From assembly GCF_001447785.1 (NCBI RefSeq), contig NW_015162017.1, positions 109,831-173,830 of the forward strand: DNA of 64,000 nt, in the 5' to 3' direction. This DNA is from Gekko japonicus (Eukaryota). Under the pieces are notes generated by a model. The model saw nothing but the letters and a program-made list of their open reading frames with translations, did no database searches and was not told where the DNA came from. This document shows positions 1 to 11,775 of the stretch, one piece after another; within the stretch, counting starts at the first letter, position 1; every line of letters starts with the position of its first letter. Both the position numbers and the translations under genes were made by a program.

Positions 1-343
1 GACATTTTCAGTGAGTTATCTACTACGACTCCAAGATGTCTCTCTTGATCAGTCTCTGCCAGTTCAGACCCCATCAACCATCAACGTGTATTTATATTTA
101 GGATTTTTGGCTCCAATGTGCATCACCTTGCACTTGGCCACATTGAACCCCATTTGCCATGTTGATGCCCACTCACCCATCCTTGACAGATCGCTTTGGA
201 GTGTCTCACAATCCTCACTGGTTTTCACCACCCTGAACAACTTCGTATCATCCGCAAATTTAGCCACTTCACTGCTTGCTCCCAACTCCAAATCATTAAT
301 GAACAAGTTAAAAAGCAGTGGACCAAGTACTGATCCCTGCGGT
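1..343 (-). mobile_element. CR1 LINE ORF2 reverse transcriptase fragment
   Basis: Minus frame reads PQGSVLGP...FINDLELGASSEVAKFADDTKLF...WQMGFNVAKCKVMHIG, the CR1-type RT core (ORF 64..306); continues off the window start. Confidence 0.93.
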
Positions 344-523
344 AGACAGTGAAGTAGAAGTGGCCAAGAGGAACTGAAAGAGGATATAGTAGCACCTCCA
401 CTGCTGTTTTCTCCTTCCTTCCCCTCCTCTGCCTGGTAGAGAACGTGATGAAAGTGGCAGAAGTGGAGCCCAGAAGAAAAAGAAGATGACTGTGGCAGCT
501 CCCTTTCCCACTCCCATGACTAT

Positions 524-822
524 CTCAGTAGAGGTGACAGGGGAAAGAGAGTTGGCAGAAGGGAGAGTAGGTGAACCAGGCAGGTGAAGGCAGTGGTACT
601 GTGAGCTAGACTGGTCCTGCAGGCCTGGCAGTGACCAGAGAGGCAGCAAGAAAGGAAGGAAAGAGTAGCAGAGACTCAGTAGAGGTGACAGGGGAAAGAG
701 AGTTGGCAGAAGGGAGAGTAGGTGAACCAGGCAGGTGAAGGCAGTGGTACTGTGAGCTAGACTGGTCCTGCAGACCTGGCAGTGACCAGAGAGGCAGCGA
801 GAAAGGAAGGAGAGAGTAGCAG
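524..822. repeat. 151-bp tandem duplication, purine-rich
   Basis: ctcagtagaggtgacagggg... starts at 524 and again at 675; near-identical copies. Confidence 0.9.
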
Positions 823-2029
823 GGAGGATGAGAGAGGTGCCACCATCAGGTCAGCCCAGGACAAGGAGGAAGAGGCAGCAGGAGACAAGAAGAATAACAG
901 AAAGTGAGGGGAGATGGGGCTGGTGGGGGCAGGATAGGAAATAAATTAATGGGATCCCCCCACAAGTCCCCACTTGTAATGATATATTACGCTTTTAATA
1001 TATGGACATTTGTTAATACAGATTTACTTTTGTCTTTATGTGACATCTGCCATAGTAGACAGCAATATGTGTCTACGACAGAACAGACTCAAAATCAAAT
1101 CTTACTAAGTTCAGTCTTCCAATTTCATTCTTGAAATTTGTCAAAATGACTGAAAGACAGTGACATGGTTGAGCAGAAAGAGAGAAAGAAAGCCAAAATT
1201 GTCAAATTGAATTATTTAAAGATGACGTTTGCAGATGTCTGTCTGAAACTAAGCAATTCCTAATGAAAATTAGCATGCAAATTTGATGTACAAAATGTAA
1301 ATATTGGTGTCCCTGTGCCTATCATCTGCTCATCAGCATAACATCTGATTGCTAAACAACATTCTTATATTTTAGCTTCCATTGCTACAGCAATAAAGGG
1401 AAAAGAGGTATTATCATCTATCATTTTGATTTGATTATGCTGAGTAACCCATTCCTGACTATCATCACATGCTCAATTACACAAGTTTAAGTTCCATTGA
1501 AATCAATAGAATTTTAAGTGAACATTAACTAAGGATAGGACTATAGCCTAAGGCTTTCCCACATTTTGTACATAGATCTATACTTTCACCATTGTTGTAT
1601 TTCCTTTCAAACTTAACCACTACACGAAACTGGCTCCCTAACCACTGCACCAAACAAGCCCAGACGCTGTTTATAAAAGAGCAAGATTTTGACGTGAATG
1701 AAGATGGAAATGGGTTTTGAGAAGAATCACATGTACTACATGATATGAGACATGGAATGATTTTGGAAGCAGAGTTCTGGATATAGCTGAGAGGTGGACT
1801 GTGTGTGTGGGGGGGGGGAGAGAGAGAATTGAAGCTTGTACTAGTGGAATGTAATCCTTTACTAGGCCCAAGGGAGAGGGAAGAAACCAGTAGTTCCAAC
1901 AGAGTAGAAGATAACAGAGATACTATACTAGGGTTGCCAAGTCTGGGAGCTCTCCGGTGATGCGTGCACGTGCTCACTAGTCTGCCACCACTAGTGCACC
2001 ACTAGTGCACTACTATCGCACTAGTTACC

Positions 2030-2293
2030 ACCTAACCCCTATATACGGACATCAGGATGGGGGCAAGTACATCTGGGCCCTTTAATCGCTGCACTATGGG
2101 TGAGAACGGGATGGTTAGGATGCGGCCATCTTGCTTTTAGAAATTGTAATGTAGCTGAGAGAAGTATCAAAATCTGTTTTAATGGGATTGTAATTTAATA
2201 TTTTGTATTGTTTTTACTGTTTTATCTGGCAATGTTCCCTGTAAGCCACCCTGAGCCTCCGGGGAGGGCGGGATAGAAATGTGAATAATAAAA
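2030..2293 (+). mobile_element. L2 LINE 3' end; its (TAAA)n tail resumes at 3266-3297
   Basis: tgtaagccaccctgagcc...gggagggcgggatagaaat is an L2-type 3' terminus; 5' boundary approximate. Confidence 0.65.
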
Positions 2294-3265
2294 TCTCTCC
2301 CTTATAATAATTGAATAGCAACGTTCTATTTCGCAACATTCTAAATTTGGCCCCTTTAGTGTTAAGCCGAAAGAACTGCTGCTCAGAAGACACTGGCTGG
2401 GTTGACTGGCTGCTTTGTGCAGTCCCGCCCAGTGTTCCAAGGTCATTTGCATGTGGAGGCTGATTACTATACTATACTATTGATGCCAATCTTGGCCCAG
2501 CAGCCATCAAACCATTCTCTTCAACCCCCTGCTGTGAAGCTGACTTTCCCCTAAGGTTGCCAATCTCCAGGTGGGACCTGGAGATCTCCCACTGTTACAA
2601 TTGATCTCCAGATGACAGATATCAGTTCCCCTGGAGAAAATGGATGCTTTGGAGGGTAGACCCTATGACATTATACCTGCTGAGTCCTTCCAGGAGGGGT
2701 GGGACCTCAGACAGGTACACTGCCATAGACTCCACCCTCCAAACCAGTCAGTCTCACATAGGGAACCATTGTTGCCAATCTCCAGGTGAGGGCTGGAGAG
2801 CACTCAGTATTACAACTGCTCTGCAGAAGGGAGGGCAGAAGTCAGCTGAAGTCAAAGGGGCAGATAATGGTAGGTTGGTGGCTAGCTGGGAAGGAGATGG
2901 GGTTGCCAACTACATGCTGACAAATTCCTGGGGATTTGAGGGGTGGAGCCTGGAGAGGGTGGGGTTTGCAGAGGGGTGGGACCTCAGACAGTTAGAATGC
3001 CATAGACTACACCCTCCAAACCAGACATTTTGTCCTGGGTAACAATTGCTGCCAATCTCCAGGTGAGGGCTACAGATCACTCACAATTACAACTGCTCTT
3101 CAGGTAGCAGAGATCAGTTCCTCTGGAGAAAACAGTGGACCCTGTCATTATACCCTGCTGAGGTCACCACAGCAAATTGACACTGTTTGCCCAAAGCCAG
3201 AGCACTGCCCCAGAGCCTCTTTCTAGATCTCGTTGTATTGCTTTCACAATGGGCTTTACTGCTAG
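2294..3265 (+). mobile_element. Non-autonomous Helitron
   Basis: A|TC 5' end, subterminal hairpin (ctcgttgt...acaatggg), 3' CTAG|T, no TSD; splits an L2 tail; 3' end shared with copies at 11299 and 63560. Confidence 0.72.
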
Positions 3266-3297
3266 TACATAAATAAATAAATAAATAAATAAATAAA

Positions 3298-3460
3298 CTA
3301 GGCATTCGCCTAGAGTGCCCCAGCCATTAGGGGCACCAAACTGCACCCACCCCCTGCCAAAAGCGCCCCCTGCTGGCTCTGGCCGGGGGCGCATGGGGGG
3401 CACGGGAGGTGCCAGAAGGGATCCTCGCCTAGAGTGCAAAATATGCTGGGGCCGGCCCTG
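3298..3460. mobile_element. hAT-Tip100-like MITE, right part
   Basis: Ends in gggccggccctg (reverse complement CAGGGCCGGCCC) with gcctagagtgc subterminal repeats. Confidence 0.55.
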
Positions 3461-3737
3461 CGCGTGTGCCACCAGCACGTCACAGGATGTGATGCGCTAC
3501 GTTGCTCACGTTGGGGGCGTGGCCCCAATCGTCGGAGGTGTTTTCCCTCCGACGATCGGGGCCATGCCCCCAATGTGAGCAACCTGGAAGTGATGTCATC
3601 ATGCAAGACAAGCTGTGTGGTGATGCTGTAGCCAAAACTCTATGGTTACTGAAATGCTAGAGCATTGTGCGTGAAGTGTCTGGTGTGATGACATCACTTC
3701 TGGGTGACATCATCACACAGTGCACATGCAAAGCACG

Positions 3738-4351
3738 TGTGCCAGAAGATCCAGAGACAGACCCGGGAGCTGTTGTGGGTACTGGCTCTGCTGAGGCTGA
3801 CTACTCCTTAGATGAGGAAGAAGCATGGCGCAACCCAGCCTCCTCTGGAGTCAGCCCAGCAGAGGAACCCTTAACAGCACCTGAGGGAGAAGAAACCCCA
3901 GCAGCTGCAGAGGAGATGCAGCCAGAGGGAGAGACTGATCCAGAGCCTGGCCCAGCACCCCCCGATGGAGACAACCCGAGGCCAGAATCCCCACCTAGTT
4001 CTCCTGAGTGTCCCATATGCAAGGCACGCCAGCGGCTGGATGTGCAGGAGTGAAGGAAGAGTGCCAGACTGCAGCTCTTGCAAAGGCAATGTGAGGGGCT
4101 GTGAGTCTTGGCAGATTGACTCCCAGGGAAGGAAGGATCTAAACACCCCTACACACCTGCCTCAGCACGGAAACAACTGTATATGCTTGGATCTGATCCT
4201 GGCTTGTAGCAACCGCTCCCTGCTCCTAGCTTCTGCAACCTTTGACTGACTTCCCAGCTTTCTGACTTTCAGCTCTGTTGTTTGACTTGATTTCAGACTG
4301 TGTATCCAGTTTCTAGTGTAAGGTAACTGTGGTACCGGCTGAGCCAGCACA
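3738..4351 (+). mobile_element. Probable solo LTR (Gypsy-type)
   Basis: TGTGC...GCACA termini, GC-rich, acidic/Pro-rich reading frame followed by RKSARL; TSD not clean. Confidence 0.55.
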
Positions 4352-5369
4352 ACTGGGAGCTCTCTGCTGGAAGCCCTATTCCATCTGCACAGCCCGAGCA
4401 ATATCAATCCCTCTACTTCCATAAATACCTTCCCCCCACATTAGCTGAAGTTAGTATAACCCACTAAGTTGCAATTCTGATTATTTTGGGTATTTGCAAT
4501 TGCCCTTGTACCCTCAGGCATTACTGGGGGGGGGGCAGCAGAAGCTTGGGAGGATGGAGGGTGGCTCACATGGGTCAGGAAGAAAGGGGCCTCATACAAG
4601 GGGTTTAAAGCGGAGGTTACTTCACCTCCCTACCCCTTGGATCCCGTGTGCCACTCTCTCTCTCTCTTTATTGCTTTCCCACAGTCTCCTCCTCCCCCTT
4701 GGCCTTCTCCTGTTCCCCTTTATAGCCTCCTCCACTCCCAAGCCACCACTCCCCCCTGGCCCCACCTCTCATCAAAAGGGAGGATGTGGTCCCACCCTTG
4801 TTTGGACCCGCCCCATCTGCATGTGTGTTGGGCATTCTGCCGGGCCCACATGGGGGCTGCACAGTGTGACTCCTTCCTGGTCACTGGGTGACTGCACCTC
4901 CCCGCCGCCTCGGGCCACTGCTGCTGGAGCCCAATTGAGCTTCCATGGGTCCTGCTGCTCCCAGGCCTGTGCCCACCCCAGACACTCTGTCGCCATGGCC
5001 CAGATGCTCCTCCTTGGTGCCGCAGGTCGGAGCCCTCCTCCACACCAGGCAGCTCTTCCATCACTGCCTGGTCATCATTGCCGTTGGCCCTTCCCTTGCC
5101 GCTCCTGCTGCTAGTGAATGGGAGGGGGTCATCTGATGTGGGGACAGTGGCTCCTGGGTCCCCCAGTCCAGGTTGTCCCATCAGGAGGTCGGGGGGATGC
5201 TGGGACAAAGTGGGACAATATTACTATTAATGCTCCCCTTACTCTAAAGATCTCTTAGAGATGGTTTGGAATTTCTCCCTATGACAGTTTTGTGAACATC
5301 CCAAACACATTTAGAGGATTTTCCATTCAGAAAGACTGGTGCTCCTGTTATAGCCCTCATCAACCTGTG

Positions 5370-6200
5370 GAATGCAGAGATGACTCAGGCTGTAGGCATG
5401 ATAGCTTTTGAGTACCTTCTTTGGAATCCATATTGCACCTTAGTTTACTGAAGAGCTTGGAATAATGAAACAGTTGGCCAGACTGCAAATTGAGGAAAAC
5501 TCACAGCAGATGTAGCTGAACACAGGTGAGAATACATTATCGTTCCTACTGTGTAGCAGTGATGGCAGGAAACCAAGCTCATTTCTTGATCACTGTTGTG
5601 TCTGCACAATGCCATTTGGCAAAGCTTTTCTAGATTGTGAAGTGGCTGTTATCCCAGATACCTGAGAATGTTGATGGGAATGACACATAGGCCTGCTGTG
5701 ACTCTTTTGCAATGCATTTTGCTGATAAAATTGCTTGTATCCACTATGACTTACATGCCACATTTGGTTCAGTTAAATCTCTGAATGTTATCAAAATAGA
5801 GTCTGTCTCTAGTTACATGGATGAATTTCAGTTGGTGAGGCTTGATTAAGTGGACAAGCTGTTTAAACATATGTGGCCCACCATGTCTAGACAAGGGTTC
5901 TTGCCTGTTGTGGTAAGTTGGTAGCTAGCCAACCTGATTCGCTCAATAGTGGTAGCTTTGCAGTTTCAGACAGTCATGGAGGAAACATTATCTAGGTCAA
6001 TTTCAATCCATATTCAGGACTGAGTCTGGGATGGAAGTAGCCTTGGTCTCCCAAACTGACAGTGTTCACCGGCATAGTGACAAGGGGAGTACATTCCTGT
6101 GGATTCTTCTGTGCCTTTCCATACCATCAACCTTCTGGAGAGGCTGTCTGAGTTGGGAGTGAAGAGGTGCACCATTCTCTAGAGGTTCTGCTCCCCAGAA
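5370..6200 (+). mobile_element. Old, degenerate L2 RT fragment
   Basis: Interrupted motifs YLGQFQSIFR...EVALVS...DKGSTFLWILL...AFHTIN...LLERLSELGV. Confidence 0.6.
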
Positions 6201-6447
6201 GGAAGGGGAAGTATTTCTCCCTGAGTCACACCACAGCGTGGTGAGTAAAATTCAATCTCCATTATAGCCTATGGGGAGGGTCCCCATAGGGTATAATGGA
6301 TCCGAATATATTTGGGTTCCCAAGTATTGACCTGATTACCAGTGGAATACCAATACTGGTATTCAGACATATTCAGGTGAATGGATATTTTTGGGGTCCA
6401 ACAGACTTGAATCCAAAATAACCCCTCCCCTTTTTTGCTCACCCCTA
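6200..6447. mobile_element. hAT (Ac-like) MITE fragment
   Basis: Ends tgctcaccccta; internal palindrome ccattatagcctatgggga...ccccatagggtataatgg. Confidence 0.45.
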
Positions 6448-6597
6448 CTCTGGACAGAGTGGACCTTTGACTGCTGAACGTCTTCAGCTGAGAGTGGGCA
6501 CGTCTGTACTTTTGAACGAATGTTTTACTGTGTAGCTAGTCTTTTGAATTTAGATATGCTATTTCAATTCTCACTGCTGATGTTCTTTTGAAATATT

Positions 6598-7140
6598 TGT
6601 CAGGAGGGGCACCCTCAGGAACCCCTCCTGCCTAATGAAACCTCGGCGAGCCAAAGAGAGGAAGTGGGGTCAGATGGCAGAGAGGAAGGGCTGGGCCTGA
6701 AGAAGACCGCAGGAGCCCAACAGCAAAAGGGGGTCACGGGGGAGGGGGAGCTCACTTTCCCCAATGGAGATGACCAGACCAAGAGGAAGAGGGGTGGGGA
6801 AAGTTTAACAAAGGCATGTCAGGACCCTTCCTTAACCCCATAGCTTGCTTGCTTTCAGGCCTGGGGGGCGGAGTGGGCCATGGCTGGGGAAATAAAAGGA
6901 GACTGGGCAATAGCTGGGGAGGATACACCTGGCTCCTATGAGACCGTATGCGAGGAGGGAGAAGGAGACTCGATGCCTAATCCACTCGAATACTCTGAAA
7001 TAGGGATCAGGAACCAGGGTGGATGATGAAGAAATTAGTTCCCTGACCGGTGGTCTGAGGCGCTGCCTACACCCTGGACTCCCTGACTCAGGACCTGCTC
7101 CAGCGCCCAGGCCAGCCACGGGCAGGCCCTGAGACTGACA
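6598..7140 (+). mobile_element. Solo LTR (543 bp)
   Basis: TGTCAG...CTGACA termini with perfect 5-bp TSD atatt (6593-6597 / 7141-7145). Confidence 0.85.
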
Positions 7141-7705
7141 ATATTCTTGCACACTTTTAATAAATTCTTTTTAATCATAATTGTGGTGTTTCATTCTTCA
7201 GGTAGCTACAATCCTAATTCCAGTACCTAGACTAATTGCTCACCTACCAGGTTAATTGTTTTGTGGAAACTCATTCTGCAAGTGGCATACCTTGCAGGGT
7301 TGACTTTCTTGTTTAGTTCCAGAAAAGTTAGAAGCTTGCTCCTTGGCTTCTGGTTACTGGAACAGTCAAAGGGGCTGGCGGCAGCTACTAAGGCTGGTAT
7401 GTGTGAGGTCTCACATGCCCAGGATTTTGTAATTTTGTGTTCTGTGAGCCCATCTCGGCAATCCCTAGGACTAGGGGTTAGACTCACTTTTCCTTTGTGG
7501 CATACATCCCTTTTAGCAGCCTCAGCTTATACACTAGATACAGTCCTTCCTTGAAAAGTGTGCTTTTAGGGTATATTCAGTGTGCTTTAGGGTATATTTA
7601 GTACCCAAACTAAATTCCATATCAGGATTGTCAAATGTCCCACCAAAAAGCCAGTTTTAGTGGCAAAAGTCAGGGCATCTCACAACTCCCAGAGCCTATC
7701 TATAC

Positions 7706-7962
7706 TAGGGTTACCAAATGACCTCTTTTTAGAGGACATGTCCTTCTTTTTTGGTGTCCATCCCCTTTTGGGCTTTTAAAAAAAAAATGACGAAAATGTC
7801 CTCTTTTGGGTTGGAAGGTTAGGAATATTCCTAGTTAGTAGCAATTATCACAGTTTAAATATCAGGGGTATTTAAAATGAGATTTGTCATAGTGATCACT
7901 TATTTGAAGTCATCGGGAATTATGTCCTCTTTTTTTTTGCTTTTCAGACTATGGTATCCCTA
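7706..7962. mobile_element. hAT-Blackjack-like MITE
   Basis: TIR TAGGGTTACCA / TGGTATCCCTA, repeated atgtcctctttt motifs, decayed 8-bp TSD atctatac / atgtatag. Confidence 0.75.
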
Positions 7963-8134
7963 ATGTATAGACTTTCACATGAACTAGAATGTTTCTTTTG
8001 TTTAGATTCCCCCTCCTTCTTGCATATATAATAACTGATACCAGTTATGTGGAATGTTTCTAGGACATCATGATGTGAAAGGGGATGGAATCTTTCCAGA
8101 GCATTCACCTGTTTCCTTGGAGGAATGCTCTCTT

Positions 8135-8254
8135 AAAAAAAAAAAGTGTTTTTTCCCCTCTCAATACCCCGTGGTGGGTTCGAGTGCTTGAGACTTTTAA
8201 AAAAAGGGTTTTTTCCCCTCTCAATACCCCGTGGTGGGTTCCAGGGCTTGAGAC
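8135..8254. repeat. 60-bp tandem duplication
   Basis: ttttttcccctctcaataccccgtggtgggtt repeated with period 60. Confidence 0.85.
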
Positions 8255-9074
8255 AAAAAAAAAATCTCAGTCACAAAGTCAATAGTGTTTTGGGAATGTT
8301 GTTTATCAGCCAGGTGGTGGTGGTGGGATTACCTTGGGAACAGAGTTCTGGTGCCAATGTCCTAAAAGGACAGAATTGTACAACTACTTCCTCCATACAA
8401 CGTGCAAAAAGAGTGCAATCAGGATAGAATCCCCCTCATGGTAAACTATATTTTCTACCAACATTTTAAAGTTTTAAATTGGTTCCAAAGTGGCCCTGAT
8501 CCTCAGTTCCTTTTTACACAGAACACAACACCTCCACATTTTACTACAGCTTTCAGTTTCTAGAATTCCCCTTATGGATGTGTATATTGATACAGCAGTG
8601 CAAAAAACAACAACACCTTGATTGGATTGTGTGATGTTAAAGGAGCATATATGTGTGCTAATAAGATTCTGCATAAAAATAATTCTTATGTATAATTGCA
8701 TTAAGATTGCTTTTTTGTGGGCTGTAATACACATACATTGTTAGCACAGGATCCAAATCCAAGAACATACACAAGTGATTGGAGCCCTTAAGTACAGAAA
8801 ACAGTTCCATTGGGTTTACTGACTTTCTTTATGGTGTCCATAGACAAGCTCCCATGAGTTTTGTGTTCATGTGCAATGGATATATTTATATACAAAATCT
8901 GTTGGTTGCTCTTCAAAATTTCAAAGCAGCATAGAACAGGTAAAATAATTCACAGTCACTATTCAGTAAGCATAAACTCATTACATTGTTGAAACCACAA
9001 CAATTAAATAGGCAAATAATTAGAAGATAAGTTCAAGTAGTCATATAACAGTATGGAACGATATAGGATACTTA

Positions 9075-9581
9075 GGCCGCGTTCAGACTGGCAGTTTGGC
9101 CCGACAGCCAAACGTTTCAGGAGCGTTTCATTAGCAGATTAAAGGGGCGGGTTCACACAGGCAAAGCTGTCTGGTGTCCCCCAGCCATACTCAAGCCGTC
9201 TTGTACCGTTTCCCTCCCGAGTTTTAAAAGTACCTGGTGGAAGTGGTAGCAAACCGTGTGGAGAGCGGGTTGATTCCGGTTCCCTGACATGTAAGGTGGG
9301 AACAACCAGCAGTCATTGATAATAGCTGCTGGCTGTTTCCGTGGCAGGCACCCATGCACCCATTCACATAGGTGCATGCAACGGAGTGCAGAAACAACCA
9401 CTAACAGTCCACCGGGGTGGGCCAACAGTGCAAACGCTCCGTTGCGCTTCCTCCACGGTACCCTCCCGCTTCCTTTGCTGCAGTGTGAACAAGAATACTG
9501 CGACCAAGCCGTTCCGGGTCTGTTCCGGGTCTTCTTTGACATGACTCCCTAGCACTGCAAACTGCCAGTCTGAACGCGGCC
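9075..9581. mobile_element. PIF/Harbinger-like MITE, copy 1
   Basis: Perfect 24-bp TIR ggccgcgttcagactggcagtttg; flanks tta / ata. Confidence 0.8.
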
Positions 9582-9987
9582 ATAGATAAGCAACTCATAG
9601 ATAAGCAAATCCTGTCAATAGAAAGCCCTGGAGAATAAAAAGGGTTTTAGTCCTTGACCCCAGAACTGTAAAAACAGGACAAATGAATTTCCTGGGGCAT
9701 TCCAGAGAGATATACTAAACTTTGAATACACTAAACTTTGAGCTTTGTGTTGGTGCAACCCTAAACAAGACCCCCCTGATTATTTCAAACCCTGGAGGGG
9801 AGGTATAATCTCCTGGTTGTATCCCTCCCTTTCATCACTTGGTTCAGACAACATGCAGCAGTCCTGAAGCTTTGTTGCCTAGCCAGATAACTGTATATAA
9901 TTTTGGTAATTAACACATTCAGCTTAACCAGCTAAAATATAGAGCCTAACACACACATAAACACACATATATGGATCAGTAGACAGT

Positions 9988-10252
9988 GGAAGGAGGAGGA
10001 GGAGGAGGAGATTGGATTTATACCCCGCCCTTCACAACCCAAAGGTGTCTCAGAGCGGCTTACAAACTCCTTTCCCTTCCCCTCCCCACAACAGACACCC
10101 TCTTGACAGAAACTGCTCTTATTCAAGAACAGCTGTGACAGAACTATGGCTTGCCCAAGGTCATCCACACAGGTGCGAGTGGAGGAGTGGGGAATCAAAC
10201 TTGGTTCTCCCAGATTAGAGTCTGCACACTTAACCACTATACCAAACTGGCT
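9988..10252 (-). mobile_element. tRNA-derived CORE-type SINE (squamate, Squam3-like)
   Basis: Minus strand has Pol III A box TGGTATAGTGG, B box GTTTGATTCC, CORE-like body and (CTC)n tail; related copies at 35186 and 46359. Confidence 0.85.
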
Positions 10253-10629
10253 ACACACTATACCAAACAATGCACCATGTTCTATTTGTCACCTGCACCT
10301 GAAGTTCTGTCAAGACTATGCAAAGGTCATTATTAAATTTACTATATTATTAATTTAGCTTTGGTGTGTTTTGTGAAAATCTATGCTCTCTGTGAATTCA
10401 GTCATCATTATTTCTACATCAACTGAGTCCAAGAATGTGTTTCCCATGGAACTGATTCAAACAGTATCAAATGCTACACTACACTACAGCCAGCCTTTAT
10501 ATTAAACATATAGATCACATATAGAGAAACATAGATTACTAGAAAGGAATAATTGATAGCTGAAGCAAATATTTATATTAAAAAGTACAGTAAAACTATT
10601 TGTTTATTAGTTTTTTTAATTCTTTCATT

Positions 10630-10810
10630 TCCTCTAAAGGGCTCAAAACAGCATTGATGATTCCTCTTACTTGCATTTTATCCTCACAACAACCCTATGA
10701 GATAGGCTAGGCTGCGAAAGTGGTTGACCGAAGGTCAGTTTAATGAAATCCAGGACAGAGTGAGGTTTAGAACCCAGGTCTCCCTGGTACTAGACCATCA
10801 CCATACTGTG
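10630..10810 (-). mobile_element. Older MIR/CORE-like SINE
   Basis: tcctcacaacaaccctatgagatagg CORE motif plus degenerate B box. Confidence 0.6.
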
Positions 10811-10923
10811 CTGCCTAATAATATCATTCTTAGGCCTGATTCTAGTTCATAAAATGCTTGCAAGTATCCAAAGAATTTTTCCTTACTCTGCGTACTCAAA
10901 AATATTAAGGGGTAGAGATATGT

Positions 10924-11128
10924 GTTGTCAAAGGCTTTCATGGCCGGAGTTCATTAGTTGTTGTATATTTTCCAGGCTGTATGGCTGTGGTCTTGGCATT
11001 GTAATACATGACATTTTGCCAGCAGCTATGACTGGCATCCTCAGAGGTATATATCTCTGACAACGCCAGTCACAGCTGCTGGCAAAACGTCAGGTACTAC
11101 AGTGCCAAGAGCATGGCCATACAGCCTA
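10924..11128. mobile_element. Penelope-like element fragment with inverted pseudo-LTR
   Basis: About 70-bp inverted arms (10975-11046 / 11056-11128) with tctga...gccagtcacagctgctggcaaaacgtcagg motif; 12-bp TSD gtagagatatgt (10912-10923 / 11129-11140). Confidence 0.8.
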
Positions 11129-11298
11129 GTAGAGATATGTTTTGGAGAGAAGAGACATGATGTTAAAAGACTTTAGTGGTTCCTTTAACTCTTTGATGCA
11201 TATTTCATAAAGGGGATTCTCTATTTGCTTCCCCCTTCCAGCATGCCCCTCTTTCATTTGAGGTTTGTGCACAAAGTGTATACTTCATTATCACTGAA

Positions 11299-11775
11299 CT
11301 AGAAATAATGCCTGTTGCGGAAATAAATACAACGGGATCTAGAAAGAGGCTCTGGGAGAGTGCTCTGGCTTTGGGCAAACAGTGTCAGTTTCCTGTGGCG
11401 ACCTCAGCAGGGTTTAATGACAGAGTCCACGGTTTTCTCCCAAGGGACTGATCTCTGCTACCTGAAGAGCATTTGTATGTTTGAGTTATCTGTAGCCCTC
11501 ACCTGGAGAGTGGTAACCATTGTTACCCATTCTCCTCTCCCCTATGAGGTATGTTATGCAACTGAAAATCCCAACTGCCTTGCGGGGGTGGGGGAGTTTG
11601 AGGTGTGGAATGGACTGAAGTCCAATCAGCTTCCATATGCAAAAGACCAGGTTGTCGCAGCAGTTGTGGTGTGGGCGGGACCCGGGCTTTGCCTTCTGAT
11701 TGCAAGAAATGAGATGGCCATAAAAGTATATTTCATTGCAGGTGGGAACTCCCATGGCTGAAAACTTCTCCATAG
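11299..11775 (-). mobile_element. Non-autonomous Helitron, copy 2
   Basis: Minus-strand 3' end cccgttgtatttatttccgcaacagg...CTAG|T; about 230 bp homologous to 3040-3265; 5' end approximate. Confidence 0.68.

Larger units (their letters stand above)
1929..4370. mobile_element. hAT (Blackjack/MER53-type terminus) MITE, interrupted by nested insertions
   Basis: Starts TAGGGTTGCCA at 1929; palindromic core (ggaagtgatgtcatc...gatgacatcacttc) at about 3585-3700 resembles the element at 29089; right terminus not resolved. Confidence 0.5.

Noticed and set aside
4494-5208. 206-aa and 162-aa overlapping ORFs
   Set aside because: GC-rich repeat-like DNA open on both strands, with no domain motifs.
9988-10252. 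tRNA gene
   Set aside because: The A and B boxes belong to a SINE head followed by CORE body and simple-repeat tail, with several copies in the window.
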